Below are positions 51,672 to 64,000 of a stretch of DNA of 64,000 nucleotides, one piece after another. The DNA is from Phoronis australis (lineage: Eukaryota; Animalia; Phoronida): assembly GCA_002633005.1 (NCBI GenBank), contig NMRA01000432.1, positions 64,942 to 128,941 of the forward strand. Direction: 5' to 3'. The notes below the pieces were generated by a model. It had not been told where the DNA came from. It made no database searches and worked only from the letters and a program-made list of their open reading frames with translations. The translations under genes were made by a program, and so were the position numbers. Numbering within the stretch: the stretch's first letter is position 1; the number at the start of each line of letters is the position of its first letter.

Positions 51672-54348
51672 ACCATGCGTCCACATATTCCTGTGTGGGT
51701 ACATATAGAGTCATATCTGACTTGGCGTCCGACATCCACTGTTGTATCTCCTAAAACCCTTGCAGGATCTTAATGAGTTTTGGCAGATATGTTCATATGA
51801 AGCTCACAACAGATGAGGAAGTGTGTTTCGTACCCATCTGACTGCCATTATGCCCTCTTGTGGCAATATTAGTTTTGTACTTTGATTTGTTTCTTAAATA
51901 TTTCCTTGCTGGTTTTTAATATTTGGTAAATATGTTTCTTTTTTGGAGACAACAGCACCATGTCATTTCCGCAGATGGATTTGACTTGTTCTGTGCCACG
52001 GAATGGCCACTTTTATTATTTTCGCGTCCATTTGTTTGGCGTCTGCCTCATCTGCCAAATTGTTCGGAGGATCATTATGAAAATTATCGTAGGTGGTCTT
52101 GCTGTGAAGGCCATATTTTGCTCTGATTTTCAGACAAGTTTGACCACAGTGGCACCTCCTAGTGGCAATTTTTTTTTTCATTAGTCTGCTGCTGTATCTC
52201 CTTATCTCTGCAGGATCTTCGTAAAGTTTGGCTAGTGCTTTTTTATGCGCCCACATATTTATATGTGGACGCATTATGCCGTCATCTCCGTCCGTCCGTC
52301 CGGCGTCCGCTACTCTATCTCCAAAACCCTTTGACATACGTTCATGAAATTTGGCACATATGTTCCATTCATGAATGTGACGGCATGTGCGAACTTTCGG
52401 ACGGATCCGACTACCGGTGTGCCCCCTAGTGGCAATTTTATTTTTTTACGCTTAGTTTGTATCTTCAAAAGTCCTGAACGGATTTTCATGAAATTTGGTA
52501 TGTAGGCACCTATTAGTGAGATGACGCTATCCTCCCGTTTTCAGATGGATTCGACAGTTTGCGCCACCTAGTGGCCATTTTTAGTGTTTTCGAATCTGTT
52601 TTTGTGCGTCCACCCCTCTATCAACCAAACCGCTCAAAGGATGATTGTGAAAATTGGCATGTATATGCTTACTATGTAGAGGACGGTTGACGATGATTTT
52701 CCGACGATTTCGACNNNNNNNNNNNNNNNNNNNNNNNNNNNNNNNNNNNNNNNNNNNNNNNNNNNNNNNNNNNNNNNNNNNNNNNNNNNNNNNNNNNNNN
52801 NNNNNNNNNNNNNNNNNNNNNNNNNNNNNNNNNNNNNNNNNNNNNNNNNNNNNNNNNNNNNNNNNNNNNNNNNNNNNNNNNNNNNNNNNNNNNNNNNNNN
52901 NNNNNNNNNNNNNNNNNNNNNNNNNNNNNNNNNNNNNNNNNNNNNNNNNNNNNNNNNNNNNNNNNNNNNNNNNNNNNNNNNNNNNNNNNNNNNNNNNNNN
53001 NNNNNNNNNNNNNNNNNNNNNNNNNNNNNNNNNNNNNNNNNNNNNNNNNNNNNNNNNNNNNNNNNNNNNNNNNNNNNNNNNNNNNNNNNNNNNNNNNNNN
53101 NNNNNNNNNNNNNNNNNNNNNNNNNNNNNNNNNNNNNNNNNNNNNNNNNNNNNNNNNNNNNNNNNNNNNNNNNNNNNNNNNNNNNNNNNNNNNNNNNNNN
53201 NNNNNNNNNNNNNNNNNNNNNNNNNNNNNNNNNNNGATTCTGACTACCGGTATGCCTCTAGTGGCAATTTAAGTATTTTACATTGACCTCTGTATTTTCA
53301 TAGGTCTTCAGGTGTATACTTTGTGTTACTTCGTGACTATGAAGGAAAAGTTCCAAGTAGAAATTTGTTTCTGGCATTCTAATGCTGTGCTAATCTCGTA
53401 TGTTGGTAAATTTGTTTTTAATTCTATGTTTCTGTGGTGCTTTAAGCAACTAATGTATAGGATGTGCTTGTATTATGAAGATCTCTCACATTTTGCCCCT
53501 AGCCTATTGAGGAGACAATGACCATGCCTTTCCATTTTGCAAAGTACAACATACTACATATATGCCCGCTACTGGCCACTTCATGGTACCCATAAACAAC
53601 CCTAGAAGGATACCGTATATGGTGCAATAGTGGGCACATTTCAACGCTCTGCGTTGCTCTTGTTATAGGCATGACAACAAATAATCATGACTTATGGATT
53701 GATAACATTCGTCTCTTTAATTTTATGTCAGAGTTCCTTTACGTTTTTTATGAAATTTGTCAAATAAGTTTCTGTTGTGGAGAGAACAGCACCTTTCTGT
53801 TTTTGGATGGATTCAACCAATTCTGTGCTACCTAGTAGCCCATTTTATTATTTTTTTTAAGTCCGTTTTTGCCATCCACTTATGTGTGCTTTAAGCCGCT
53901 CCCAGGAGCATCATGAAAGTGATGGACGTCATCCTGCACCACTGATCCTGAACTTCTGGTGGTGCAACTGTTGTGGCATTATTTTGTATCTGGGTCTGTT
54001 TCTACCAAACCCTTTGCAGGATCACTGCACAATTTGGCAGTTTGTTCCTGCGAATTTGAGAGCAGATGACAAATTCTTTTGGATAGAGTGGACTACCAAT
54101 GTGCCTTTGATAATTTATTTGTTTACATGTGGCTGCGTATTTGTTAAACTCCTTCACAGATTTTCATGTTTTCTATTGAGATGATGGTGTGGTCCCATTT
54201 TCATGTTTTCTATTGAGATGATGGTGTGGTCCCATTTTCAGACATGTTCAACATAGCGGCCATGTTTATGATACTAATAATGGTCCAGAGAAGCTCACCA
54301 TTTGTGTTGCAGTCGTGGGTGCATTTCAACGTTTTGCGTTGCTCTTGT
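51672..54348 (+). mobile_element. Old HINE copy downstream of the AF10 stop, hosting a nested young copy
   Basis: 5' atgcgtccacatat...gtgggtacat; 3' gtgggtgcatttcaacgttttgcgttgctcttgtt. Confidence 0.7.
52239..53664 (+). mobile_element. Young HINE nested in an older HINE (contains N gap 52715-53235)
   Basis: Ends and flanks of the gap are near-identical to 33766-35277; the gap lies in the internal tandem array. Confidence 0.85.
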
Positions 54349-57300
54349 TTGATAAAGAAGGGTTGCTAAGCAAGCGACTCTTCGGGCGTTTTCAAAAAAA
54401 TGATTCTATGCATATTTATATGAAGTGCATCATTTGTGTGCAAAATATTTCAACGTAGTAGCATTTGTATTGCAAACAATTGTAAAGTAGGTGTCATCAA
54501 TTCAGTTGTTTCTGTGAGATTTTTTGCACATTTTATTGCTAAAGTGCACCTGTTTTTAAAAAAATGTTAAAACAAGGTCACTGCTCACTATATGATCTCG
54601 CTGTTTATTTGAGGTGTACACATTAGGTTCTGTGTTTGAGTCTGTCTTGGTACTGTAACTATTTTGCCATGACTTGGACAGAGACTAACCATAAACGTTT
54701 TTTAATTTTATAATTTTCCATGAACTTTATAGATTTGTACGCTACCTGTATAATAAATTTTTGTTTTTTTCTGAGGGACCATTCACAATTATTGCCATTT
54801 TCGCAAGTGTAAAATAATTAAGCTTAAAACAGTAAGAGGCGAGCGTCTTGTGGCTGCCTTGTGCTTCTGCCATCTTATTGCTACCTGAAATGGCAGCAAA
54901 GTCACTGCAAGTTTAGTTGCTTTTTCACATCGAAAATCCATGCAGAATTCTTTGACAATTGTTTGCTTTTACCTTTTGAATTTCTAGATGACTATTGATT
55001 GTTCAGGCATAAATAAAATTTGGGTGTTACTAAATATTCACTAGTCTCTAAACGTATCAACATTTTCGTGCTCTTATGTGAGAAGGTGAGTCACAAACCG
55101 TGTGCGGTAAGCAGAAACAAGGAGATGGTAGTGGTTGTGAGCAGTCTCTTAGCAGGCTGTGGTATGTAATGCTTACAATTTACAAATGTGGTGTATTGTG
55201 TACTGTTTTTAATTTAGAAATGCAGCATAAGGTTTAGGCATGCACATGATTAGCGTAGGGTTAGGGGGCAATTGTCTGATGTAACGTGCAGACAACCAGT
55301 TTGATCCCCGTTATTCAGTGGAGAAACCTGGTTCTCAAAATTCAGGCGTGTTATATCAGACCATTTCCTAGTTAGGTATGGGCCATAGGGAGTTTAATTA
55401 GTTTGCATTGTTATCATTGAATCTTTCTTAACTGAAATTCACCACAACTGCCTGTACATTGTATATTCAGTATGTTGCTACTGAACCACTGTTATTTCTT
55501 GTGCCCTCAAGGCAAAACGAGGTCTTGAACTAATTTTCACTGGTGAAGCACTGTTTGAAATGAGATTGTGGGTTCATAAGGTGGCTATTATATTGGGACA
55601 GTGGCAAGATCTCTGCTTTTGTCAGGGGAAATAATTGAAGTTGTCTATAGTGTTTTGTAAATTGCTCTATGCGTGGCACAGAGTTCATGCAACGTTTTGG
55701 TATATCGAGCCATCTCAACCGAGCAAGGTGTTTTATCGTGGTTTGAAGTCAATTTTGGGTGTCCAAGAGCCCAGGGCTATACTCTCAGTAAGATAAAGTT
55801 TGAATCTCAACTGATGACTTGATAAAGAAGCTGATTAATATGTTCAAACTAGTGTTTTGTTCCTGATATTTGATTGTAGGACGCATGATTCTAGTTTCAT
55901 CCTGTAGGAATTAAAAGATTTTCATTGTCATTTGTCCATGTGAAGTTTTTGATTCTGCAATGTGGGGAGAAATTTTGCAATGAGCTTTTGTGATCGGTGA
56001 TCGTGCATCAAGGGTATAGGTAGATAAACTTACTGGCGAGCTGGTAAATGCTCCTTTGTTGAAGGTTGTTTACAGTCTCCGGTAGATGTATTTAGAAGTC
56101 TGCAGTGACATAGCCACCATTGGCACACTTCACGTGCTTGTCCAATATTTTGTATTTTGATAAGAATCAAAATTTAGATGTAAAGAATTCTGAAAAATAG
56201 ATTCGTATCAAAAACTCTTGATGAAATAGTAAAAACGTAGGAAGACATTGAACTGTTGGTAAGTGGTGTGTTCAGTGAACCTGTCTGGGGTGAAACTAAT
56301 GAGCTACGCTGTTTTACTTCGGGATGTTTGCATGGTGAACGAAATGTGTGCTAATGCAATAGTTTGTATGGCGTCCAAGCTGTTAACTCCCACCATGTAG
56401 TTTCATCGACTGTCCATTTAACTTGGTCGCCAAATGCAAACGATTTGTTCGTCGCATGCTCTTGTTGTTTTTGTACGCCTTGCGCGTCTTCCGCTTTTGT
56501 TGGTAATTACTTTGTCTAATGGTGTCAGAAAAAGACTATACATGTATAATCAAATAAATATCGTTTGTATTCTGTGTGCCGTTTTATGCTTCGGCTGTTC
56601 GCTGCCAACAAACTTCTGTTGCTCTATCGAAGATCAGTGCTATGAGACATTCCACGATTTCTTGTGGGCAGTAAAGTAAACGTGTACTGGTGTTCTGTGC
56701 GCAACATTATTATTTCTTGACCGGCGCTAGAGTAAACGCGCAGGTAAAGTACTCTTTTTTAACCTCAAAAATTGCTGGAGGATGTTTTAAGGATGCTCAA
56801 AACAGGTTGAAATTTCGTTGAAGCAAATTAGATTACTTATCGTAGACATCTGCTGGGTCCAGTTGACTCTGTCTCAGCCTACCCAAAAACCAAAGGCCAA
56901 TTTTCTGGGTTAGTTGAGGCCTGAAAAGCATGTGATAGCATTCTGTGAACCCTAAGATTGAAGATGGAACATTTTTCTTAAAACGTGATGGACGGGTTGT
57001 CAAAGAAGGGGCAAAAGTATCCCCTGCACTCGTGACAGCGCCGCTCGTCCCGGGGGCTGTAAAGCCCAGTGAACGAAAATCTGGAAAGGTTCTTGACTAG
57101 TGGAAAGCACGGCAATCGATTGTATACATCAAAAAGTGAACGGAAACCATCAGCTTCGGAGGAAAAATAAAAAAGTTTCGTCAAAGGCCCGATTACGCCC
57201 CTCCATGAATGACGTCGTCACAGATCTACTTCAGTTTGGCTGCTCACTGCACGACCAGCCAAAGTGAATCCGCAGGCATATATATAAAAGTACAGAAATT

Positions 57301-58301
57301 TGCCGGAACAGCGAAAATTGCCTGGAGGTTTTCTATAGGCGGATGAATATATCTGTACTGACTGGGTTGGAATACCTGTGTTGATTTTAGATAAAGTTAT
57401 TCTACTTTCATGGCCGTAGAGGAAGCGGGGAGAAGAGAAAAACTTCAGGAGTACGTTTGACAACTATCAGTGCATGATTTGTCCTTTGAAGGTCCTGGCC
57501 AGGACATTGTCGTTTGGGCGCTTGCTTTTTGTTGCATAGGTTGCCAAAGCACGGCTTTTGCGGAACGTATTGAATTTACTAGTTTTTTTTTAAAACCTAA
57601 AAATTCAATAAGACAATTTTGCTAATGCAAAACAATATTTTTTCCGGAGGCTCCACTCTGGCAAGGGATAATGGAGACAACCGTCTCTCTATTTTTCGGA
57701 TTTCTTTCCTCTCAATTCATGATATAACTTAAGGAAAATCGATGACCTGATAGATTACATCAATTGCTGAGCATGTCTTGTTTCTTTTTGAAAGCATAAT
57801 CTTTTCATATTTATTGACTCGGCTCTTGAAGGGAGGATTCCTGGCGTCAGTGGAAGTGTATCATTTTTCCAAGCCACCAGAAACTGTACTGCCCGTTTTT
57901 CAACGAGGGATATTGAAACATTAATTTCTAATCTGTTTTAGACAAATCCATTCGCTAAACGTCATCCAGTTAAAAGACTACACAATATTGCAACACCAGT
58001 ACAGATGGAAAAGATCGTCTAACTCATTATCACAGAAAAAGCAGTCATCATTTGGTAAAATTCCAATCTTGTGAAGACTAGTATTTTTTGAACCACGTTA
58101 ATTTGGTGAAACAAAATTGTTGGGTCATTCGGTAGATTTTAGATTTTAAAATTGTGTTTTCATGTTTATAACGTTCATCCAAACTCCATAGAAGTTCAAT
58201 TTACCAGCACTTCAGTTGTCACGTCGTGAAAATTTGAGGTCTTCGTAAGTCCATGTTTCGTACTTTGAAGTCACTATTGTTGAAGTTCGAAACGAATTTG
58301 C

Positions 58302-58602
58302 GTATCACAGATAACGCAGACATATTTCTTGTTGTGATCTAAAAACCCAATTATCATGTGATGCCGCACACAAATGAAACCAGTCTTCCTAATCAAAACT
58401 GATAGGGAAATTATTAAGTAACTGATCTAGTTACACAATTCGTTGGTTTGGGTATCACAGGCAACGCAAAAATATTTCTTGTGATCTACAAACCCAGTGA
58501 TCATGTAATGCAGCACCCTGATGAAACTAGTCTTCCAAATCAAAACTGATAGCGAAATTATTATTAAGCAACTGATTTAGTTACAGAATTCGTTGCTTTG
58601 GG
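58302..58602. repeat. Tandem duplication, about 150 bp x2
   Basis: gtatcacag...aattcgttg occurs twice. Confidence 0.85.
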
Positions 58603-60193
58603 TGATCTCTTGACTAAGATTTAAAAGCCGGTCACCAGTTCAAACAATTTGCAGTTAGGTTGGTTCAGCTCACAAAATTCAAAAAAAGGTCGCAACTGAG
58701 TACATGTAATACAGATGCGTACGAGGCTTAGATAAAATAATAAAGGAATTCTCAATGCATGTTTGTGGACGATTTCCACAGATAGCTCATTCCGTTTGGA
58801 GGCATATGTGTCGAGGTGACCTCTTACATTCGGGGTCGGTTTTAATCAATTTCAGTGTCGCACAGAGTTCGAACTTCTGCAAATAGATGTACTGGTTCGA
58901 TGTTTTCTCTTCGCACTATCCAATAAAAGTTCCGCAAAATAATCTGGTTGTTTTGTCATTTTTACGTTTTTGGAGATTCAAGTAGTTGGTTCGAAGAACC
59001 TGACGCGATTTGTTACCGCAGGACTAAGGACATTTTGATTTATGTAGATTGGTTAAACCACAAGTATGGATGTTTGACTAACTGTACCGGACTCGCTCAT
59101 ATTCAAGGTTGTAATGCTCCGTCAAGCTACGAAAACCTTCCCTTGTACAAGTCTAATCTGGTTTAGTACACCGACAATGGGATGCGACATATATTACACA
59201 GTATTCCGGCGACCACTCCAAGCCGCACTGAGAAATGGAAATTATGCCATGTAGATGTTACACATCTTTGTAACTAAATTTATTTTTAGTACGCACTTGC
59301 GTATGAATTGTGTTCGTATTTGTACTGTTCGATTACGCCATTTGACTTAACAGCAAGAGTGCTCGATTCCGATTTTTCGAAAAGGAATGTTTTCAACAAG
59401 AGACAAAAATAACGCGATGGGTAATTTGAAAAATTCAGGGATGGGTTCACAATTCACCGTTGTTCTGGTACTTCGTTTCAAAACAAAATAAAAAGATAAG
59501 CAACCCTGACCGGTAAGAAAAAACAAATAGACAGGAGTATTAAAAATAAAGTAATGAAAACAAGTATGTAACATATTTAAAACCAACGTTCCTTTGGGAA
59601 GACCCTTTGTGAAGATCAGCGCAAATTAACTTTTAAGTCTTTTTGTAATTTTTAATTGTACCAAGTTAAAAGTACTCATCACATTGCAGGCTTTAACTCT
59701 GTGCAAATGCTAGAGAAAAACAACTTAATTTGAGTGTACGACCACTATTGTTGAGAAAGTAGTGGTAGCTATTACATTTCCACTTCATCAGCTCAGATCC
59801 ACATCAATACGATTAACGGGCGTGCTCAGTGTATAGACATCATAAAGTTGTCTGGGGCTCAGGGAATCCGAGCGGTGACCAGTTTAAGCGAGAAATTCTC
59901 CACATGAAAAGACTGCAATCTGAATTATTCAGTTCTTTGTGCCAACTACAGGATGATCCCTATAGCCAATATCTTACACTACTGATTAACTTGATGTAGA
60001 TTGAAACTTTGGAAAACCCATATAATTCCCTTCCGAACAATAAACTTAAAGAATGTTTGGTTGGTTTTGCAAAATTAGGTTACATTTAGTGCCTCGTTCT
60101 AGAGATATAAGTTGACATTTTAACAGTAGTTCTTAATATAGCCGATAGGTTCGCTGTTTGACAATGAACCGCCAGATGTCACTTTCAAATAAG

Positions 60194-60275
60194 ATGGCTG
60201 CCTCCGATTTAGAAAGAGCACAAGCAGTGGCAGCAACTGACAAGAATGCTGCCATTCAAATACTGTTTCAACTCG
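60194..60275 (+). CDS. PSMD11: 26S proteasome non-ATPase regulatory subunit 11 (Rpn6), first coding exon; the rest was not found in the window
   Basis: MAASDLERAQAVAATDKNAAIQILFQL(G|gtaat) resembles the PSMD11 N-terminus as recalled ([30 protein letters not shown]); good start context aagATGG; phase-1 donor. Confidence 0.78.
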
Positions 60276-60620
60276 GTAATTATCCTTGTATATTTAAGAA
60301 GTATCAAGTTATAGAACAGAATATTTGGAATTCGATCATTCCTGATACTTGCCAATTGGTTTGGAATTCAAAGTTGACCGGCTTCACAGTTCACACAACA
60401 AAAGCTGAGTCACGTCAGCGCTGTTTCGTTTGTCTGACATGTCTGACTCTGAACTTGAAAAGTTGAATGAATGAAAGTGGTGTGATTGTTGTGATTTTAC
60501 CTCACGCTTAGGTCAACTTAATTTTTCACGTCAGTTAAATATCCACTCACTTGTAGTAAACACCCTCTTACTACACACTTGGGTTCTTCCTAGGAGTCCT
60601 AGGACTAGGTCTAGGAGTAG

Positions 60621-61575
60621 GCAATAATGACCATTGCCAGGCATTGCCTCTGTTGGCCCGAACCAGAGGCGATGCAGCTCCTATAGGCGCTCTGTACGCC
60701 GGAAGCTTTTTGGCGAATAATGCCTCGCACCGACTAAACCATCAAAGTCACGTTGTTATAAATGCCTTTTGCGCATAGAGGAACACCTTAGGAGGTTGTC
60801 GATGTGTTTAATTCCTTCCAACTCGAACAAATACTCCCGTTATCAAACTTTTTCTTCAAGCAGTCCTTATTTCAGTTCCCAAAATTGTGAACTCACCATT
60901 TTTATACTGCGCACGCTCCAATTTTTACCGCGCTCGCTAGGTGATGTGACTTCATGACCTCAATCTTTAAATAGGCTAAATGTGAGCCATTGCTGTCTTG
61001 TCAGTCAAATGTTTGTTTCCAAAATGCCACCACTTATACTTGTCTTTAATTGGCGTTACTTGAAACGGATTGTATTTCAATGAATTATTGTTTGTATTTG
61101 ATAAAAATAAATGCTGTTGATATGACATTTAGTAGTCTTTGTGCATATATTTGACGTTTTAATGTTTAACAACACGGCAAATGCACGGCTGGTTCCCGGC
61201 AGCACTTACGCTAACGGCAGGAACTTCAGCTTTCAAAGTTCGCCGGTAGGACCGCAACTTCTGACCTTCGACCCGGTTAAAAAAATCTTTTGGCGTGCGC
61301 CGAGTGAAAATGTTGAGTTAACGATTTTGGGAACTGAAATAGGGACTGCTCAAAGAAAAAGTTTGATAACGGGAGTATTTGTTCGAGTTGGAAGGAATTA
61401 AACACATCGACAACCTCCTAAGGTGTTCCTCTATGCGCAAAAGGTATTTATAACAACGTGACTTTGATGGTTTAGTCGGTGCGAGGCATAATTCGCCGAA
61501 AAGCTTCCGGCGTACAGAGCGCCTATAGGAGCTGCATCGCCTCTTGTTCGGGCCAACAGAGGTTATGGTCATTGC
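60621..61575. mobile_element. Foldback MITE with about 280-bp TIRs
   Basis: 60621-60903 is the reverse complement of about 61305-61575; flanked by the direct repeat ctaggtctaggagtag. Confidence 0.85.
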
Positions 61576-61614
61576 CTAGGTCTAGGAGTAGGAGTCGGAC
61601 TAGTGATCAGATAA

Positions 61615-62203
61615 GTGATGACCGTCTCTAGCGGGCTAGTAGAGACGGTGGAGCTCCTGTAGGAGCTTCATACACTGAAAGCTTTTTGGCGAATTATGCC
61701 TCACACTGACTAAAACATCAAAGTCATGTTGTTATAAATTCCTTTGGTGCATCCAGGGACACCTTATAGCTTAGTAGGCCGTCGATGTATTATAATTCCT
61801 TCCAACTCGATGAAAGACTCTAGTTATCAAACTTTTTCTTTCAAAGGGTCCCTCATTCAGTTCCCAAAACCGGTAAGTTGCCATTTTTAACACTGCGCGC
61901 AGCAGGTGGTATGACATCACTGGCGTGCGCAGTGTCAAAATGGCGAGCTACCGATTTGGGGAACTGAACGAAGGACTGCTCGAAGAAAAAGTTTGATAAC
62001 GGGAGTATTTCGTCAAGTTGGAAGGAATTAAAGACATCGATGGCCTCTTGAGGTGTCCCTCTGTGCATAAAAGGTTTTTATAACAATGTGACATTGACAT
62101 TTTAGTCAGAGTGAGGCATAATTTGCCGAAAACCTTCTGGCGTGTGAAACTCCTTTAGGAGCTCCACTGTCTCTACTGGGCCAGCTAGAGACGGTGATCA
62201 CTG
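61615..62203. mobile_element. Near-palindromic MITE of the same family
   Basis: Arms agtgatgaccgtctctagc...ccatttttaacactgcgc / gcgcagtgtcaaaatggc...gctagagacggtgatcactg with a very short spacer; the arms are homologous to those of 60621-61575. Confidence 0.82.
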
Positions 62204-63586
62204 TCTAGACTAGGTGTAGTTCTGCAATAGTCAACCTGCTAGTTGCATAAATATTGTCGTCAAAATAGGAACCACTGTGTGTTAAGCACCAGCAGACTTC
62301 GAAATTTTACACCGCCACCATCGTCACTTTGTCATGAAGCTTACAGCAAACCAGTATGGCAGAAATTAAGCAAGAGCGAAATTTTGCCAATTTTCATGAT
62401 TTTCACAAGATCATATCTGTTAGGATACTAAATGACAAAAAATCAAAAGTGTGCCAGCAAAATATTTATTCAACTTTCTCCTTTATTAAAACAAATTGGG
62501 GCATTGATGAATATGTTTAAAAATTAAAGTAGTGCAAGCGCTTCTCACGTTTTTCATTCACCGATAAATTTTTTTGACTTCAAGTGGGTGTCTGTTTGTT
62601 GGTGGATGGTTGTTTCTGAACCAGTTACCATGATTTTGGTGTCAAATGATTCGTGAAAATTTTCTGCATTCAACCCTGAGTGTACACTTTTCATTTTCCG
62701 ATAAAAATATTAGAAAATCTAATTTTTACACTTTACCGCCTCCTAACTTCCCGACCTGAATTTTTTTGAAAGTCTACACTCAATGTCATCATCATTAATC
62801 TTATCCTAACCTATTTCAGTTATACTTTAATCAGTTGATTAGTCACAGTCCATCCAGGAACACATCCAAAAAAACAAGTGCAGTCAAATTTAAAGATTCA
62901 AGACTTCCTTGCCCTGTGTGTAGATAGCACGCAGGAGTCATTCAGTAGAACGCGCTTTATCTCTGGTTGATGTAACCACGGCAGTCATTGGTTAGCTTTA
63001 CAACAATGAAAAAAAATGGCGGACTATGACCTTGTCATGCAAGTGGTGTAACAGCGGCAATTTCGTTTCTGTAGTAATGTTTAATTACCACCTGCTTGAA
63101 GCACATACATGCACAATAAACACATATTTGGCCAATTTAACCGGTGTGTTTCTTATTCATACTGTGTGAATACAGGACAGCAACGTAAACAAAAGTCAGC
63201 GACAGTAGAAAGATGCACTCTGAAAAGGTGCAACCACAATTAAGCACCAATGTGTCTGTACAACAGACCACATTTACACTTCCCCCATCAGTCATGCCTG
63301 TTTGTTTGTGTAAAGCGCTACCTGTTGAGAATTCAACACCGGCCAATCAGAAACGCCGGTGTAATAAAATTTCCCCGAGGAAAATTAAAAGATGCCTGGG
63401 TGCTCTCTTCCTCCTAGCGACACGCAGAGAACCAGTGAGCCAAGAGTTCAAGCTTATTTGGAAAGTGATTGGTCAATTGTCGCTAAACCTGTCAATACAA
63501 GAAATAGAACTTGGGGCAAATAAAGTTGCGTAAAATATTACATAATATTTCTAAGATTAAATTAGAGTTCAGATTTTAGTATTGTA

Positions 63587-63780
63587 CTACCGTAATCGTT
63601 CGGGTTAACGCCCATGCTCAGTTAACCGCCCACCCCTACTTTAGGTGGATTTTCGATTTAACCGCCCACTGCTCGGTTAACCGCCCCCCTGCTATTTTTG
63701 AAGATTTCCAATTAAGCGCCCACCTCTCGGTTAAGCGCCCATCCCCTACTTTTGACGATTGGTGATTACCGCCCTGTGCT
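63587..63780 (+). mobile_element. Left end of a pogo/Tigger-like MITE
   Basis: taccgtaatcgttcgggttaacgccc followed by repeated ttaaccgccc/ttaagcgccc motifs; a related remnant lies at about 42980-43070. Confidence 0.55.
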
Positions 63781-64000
63781 AATAGGAAACGCGAATCCCC
63801 GACCTTTTAGATTAAGATCGATGATAACATTGAGTGCAACGACGGCCTCAGAGACCGCGGTTTAGCAATGTGAATTATGATACCAGTAACAAATTATTGT
63901 AACGGGTCATCGATTAACTTCAAAATGTAATACTTGAACACTTTGTCACTTTCTTTTCTTCTCATGTTCGCAAACTTTAGGAACCGCGCTGGCGTCTACA

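Noticed and set aside
60191-60202. YY1-like motif aagatggctgcc at the PSMD11 start
   Set aside because: It overlaps the ATG/Kozak context and is common in housekeeping genes; not informative alone.

Overview
Repeat-rich, AT-rich, intron-containing animal genomic DNA (most likely a bilaterian invertebrate; the species cannot be determined), with two N gaps. I assembled three spliced genes by eye from GT-AG sites and reading-frame phase. (1) A minus-strand secreted or cell-surface protein (signal peptide, WSC domain, at least three Ig-like domains) that runs off the left edge. (2) An apparently complete 15-exon AF10/AF17 (MLLT10/MLLT6-family) gene on the plus strand, 23234-51229, about 761 aa, with PZP and OM-LZ domains. 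(3) The first coding exon of proteasome lid subunit PSMD11/Rpn6 at 60194. The rest is mostly mobile DNA: two oppositely oriented Penelope-like fragments ending in microsatellites, a decayed Sola3-like transposon, a TTAA-flanked THAP element, a CAGGG-ended element with a 5-bp TSD, several MITEs, LINE scraps and minisatellites. The most striking pattern is a Helentron/DINE-1-like (HINE) family with about nine copies. Its internal ~150-bp repeats each carry a CTCF-like motif, every copy is sense to its host gene, and young copies twice sit inside older ones. All calls come from manual reading; no database searches were run.
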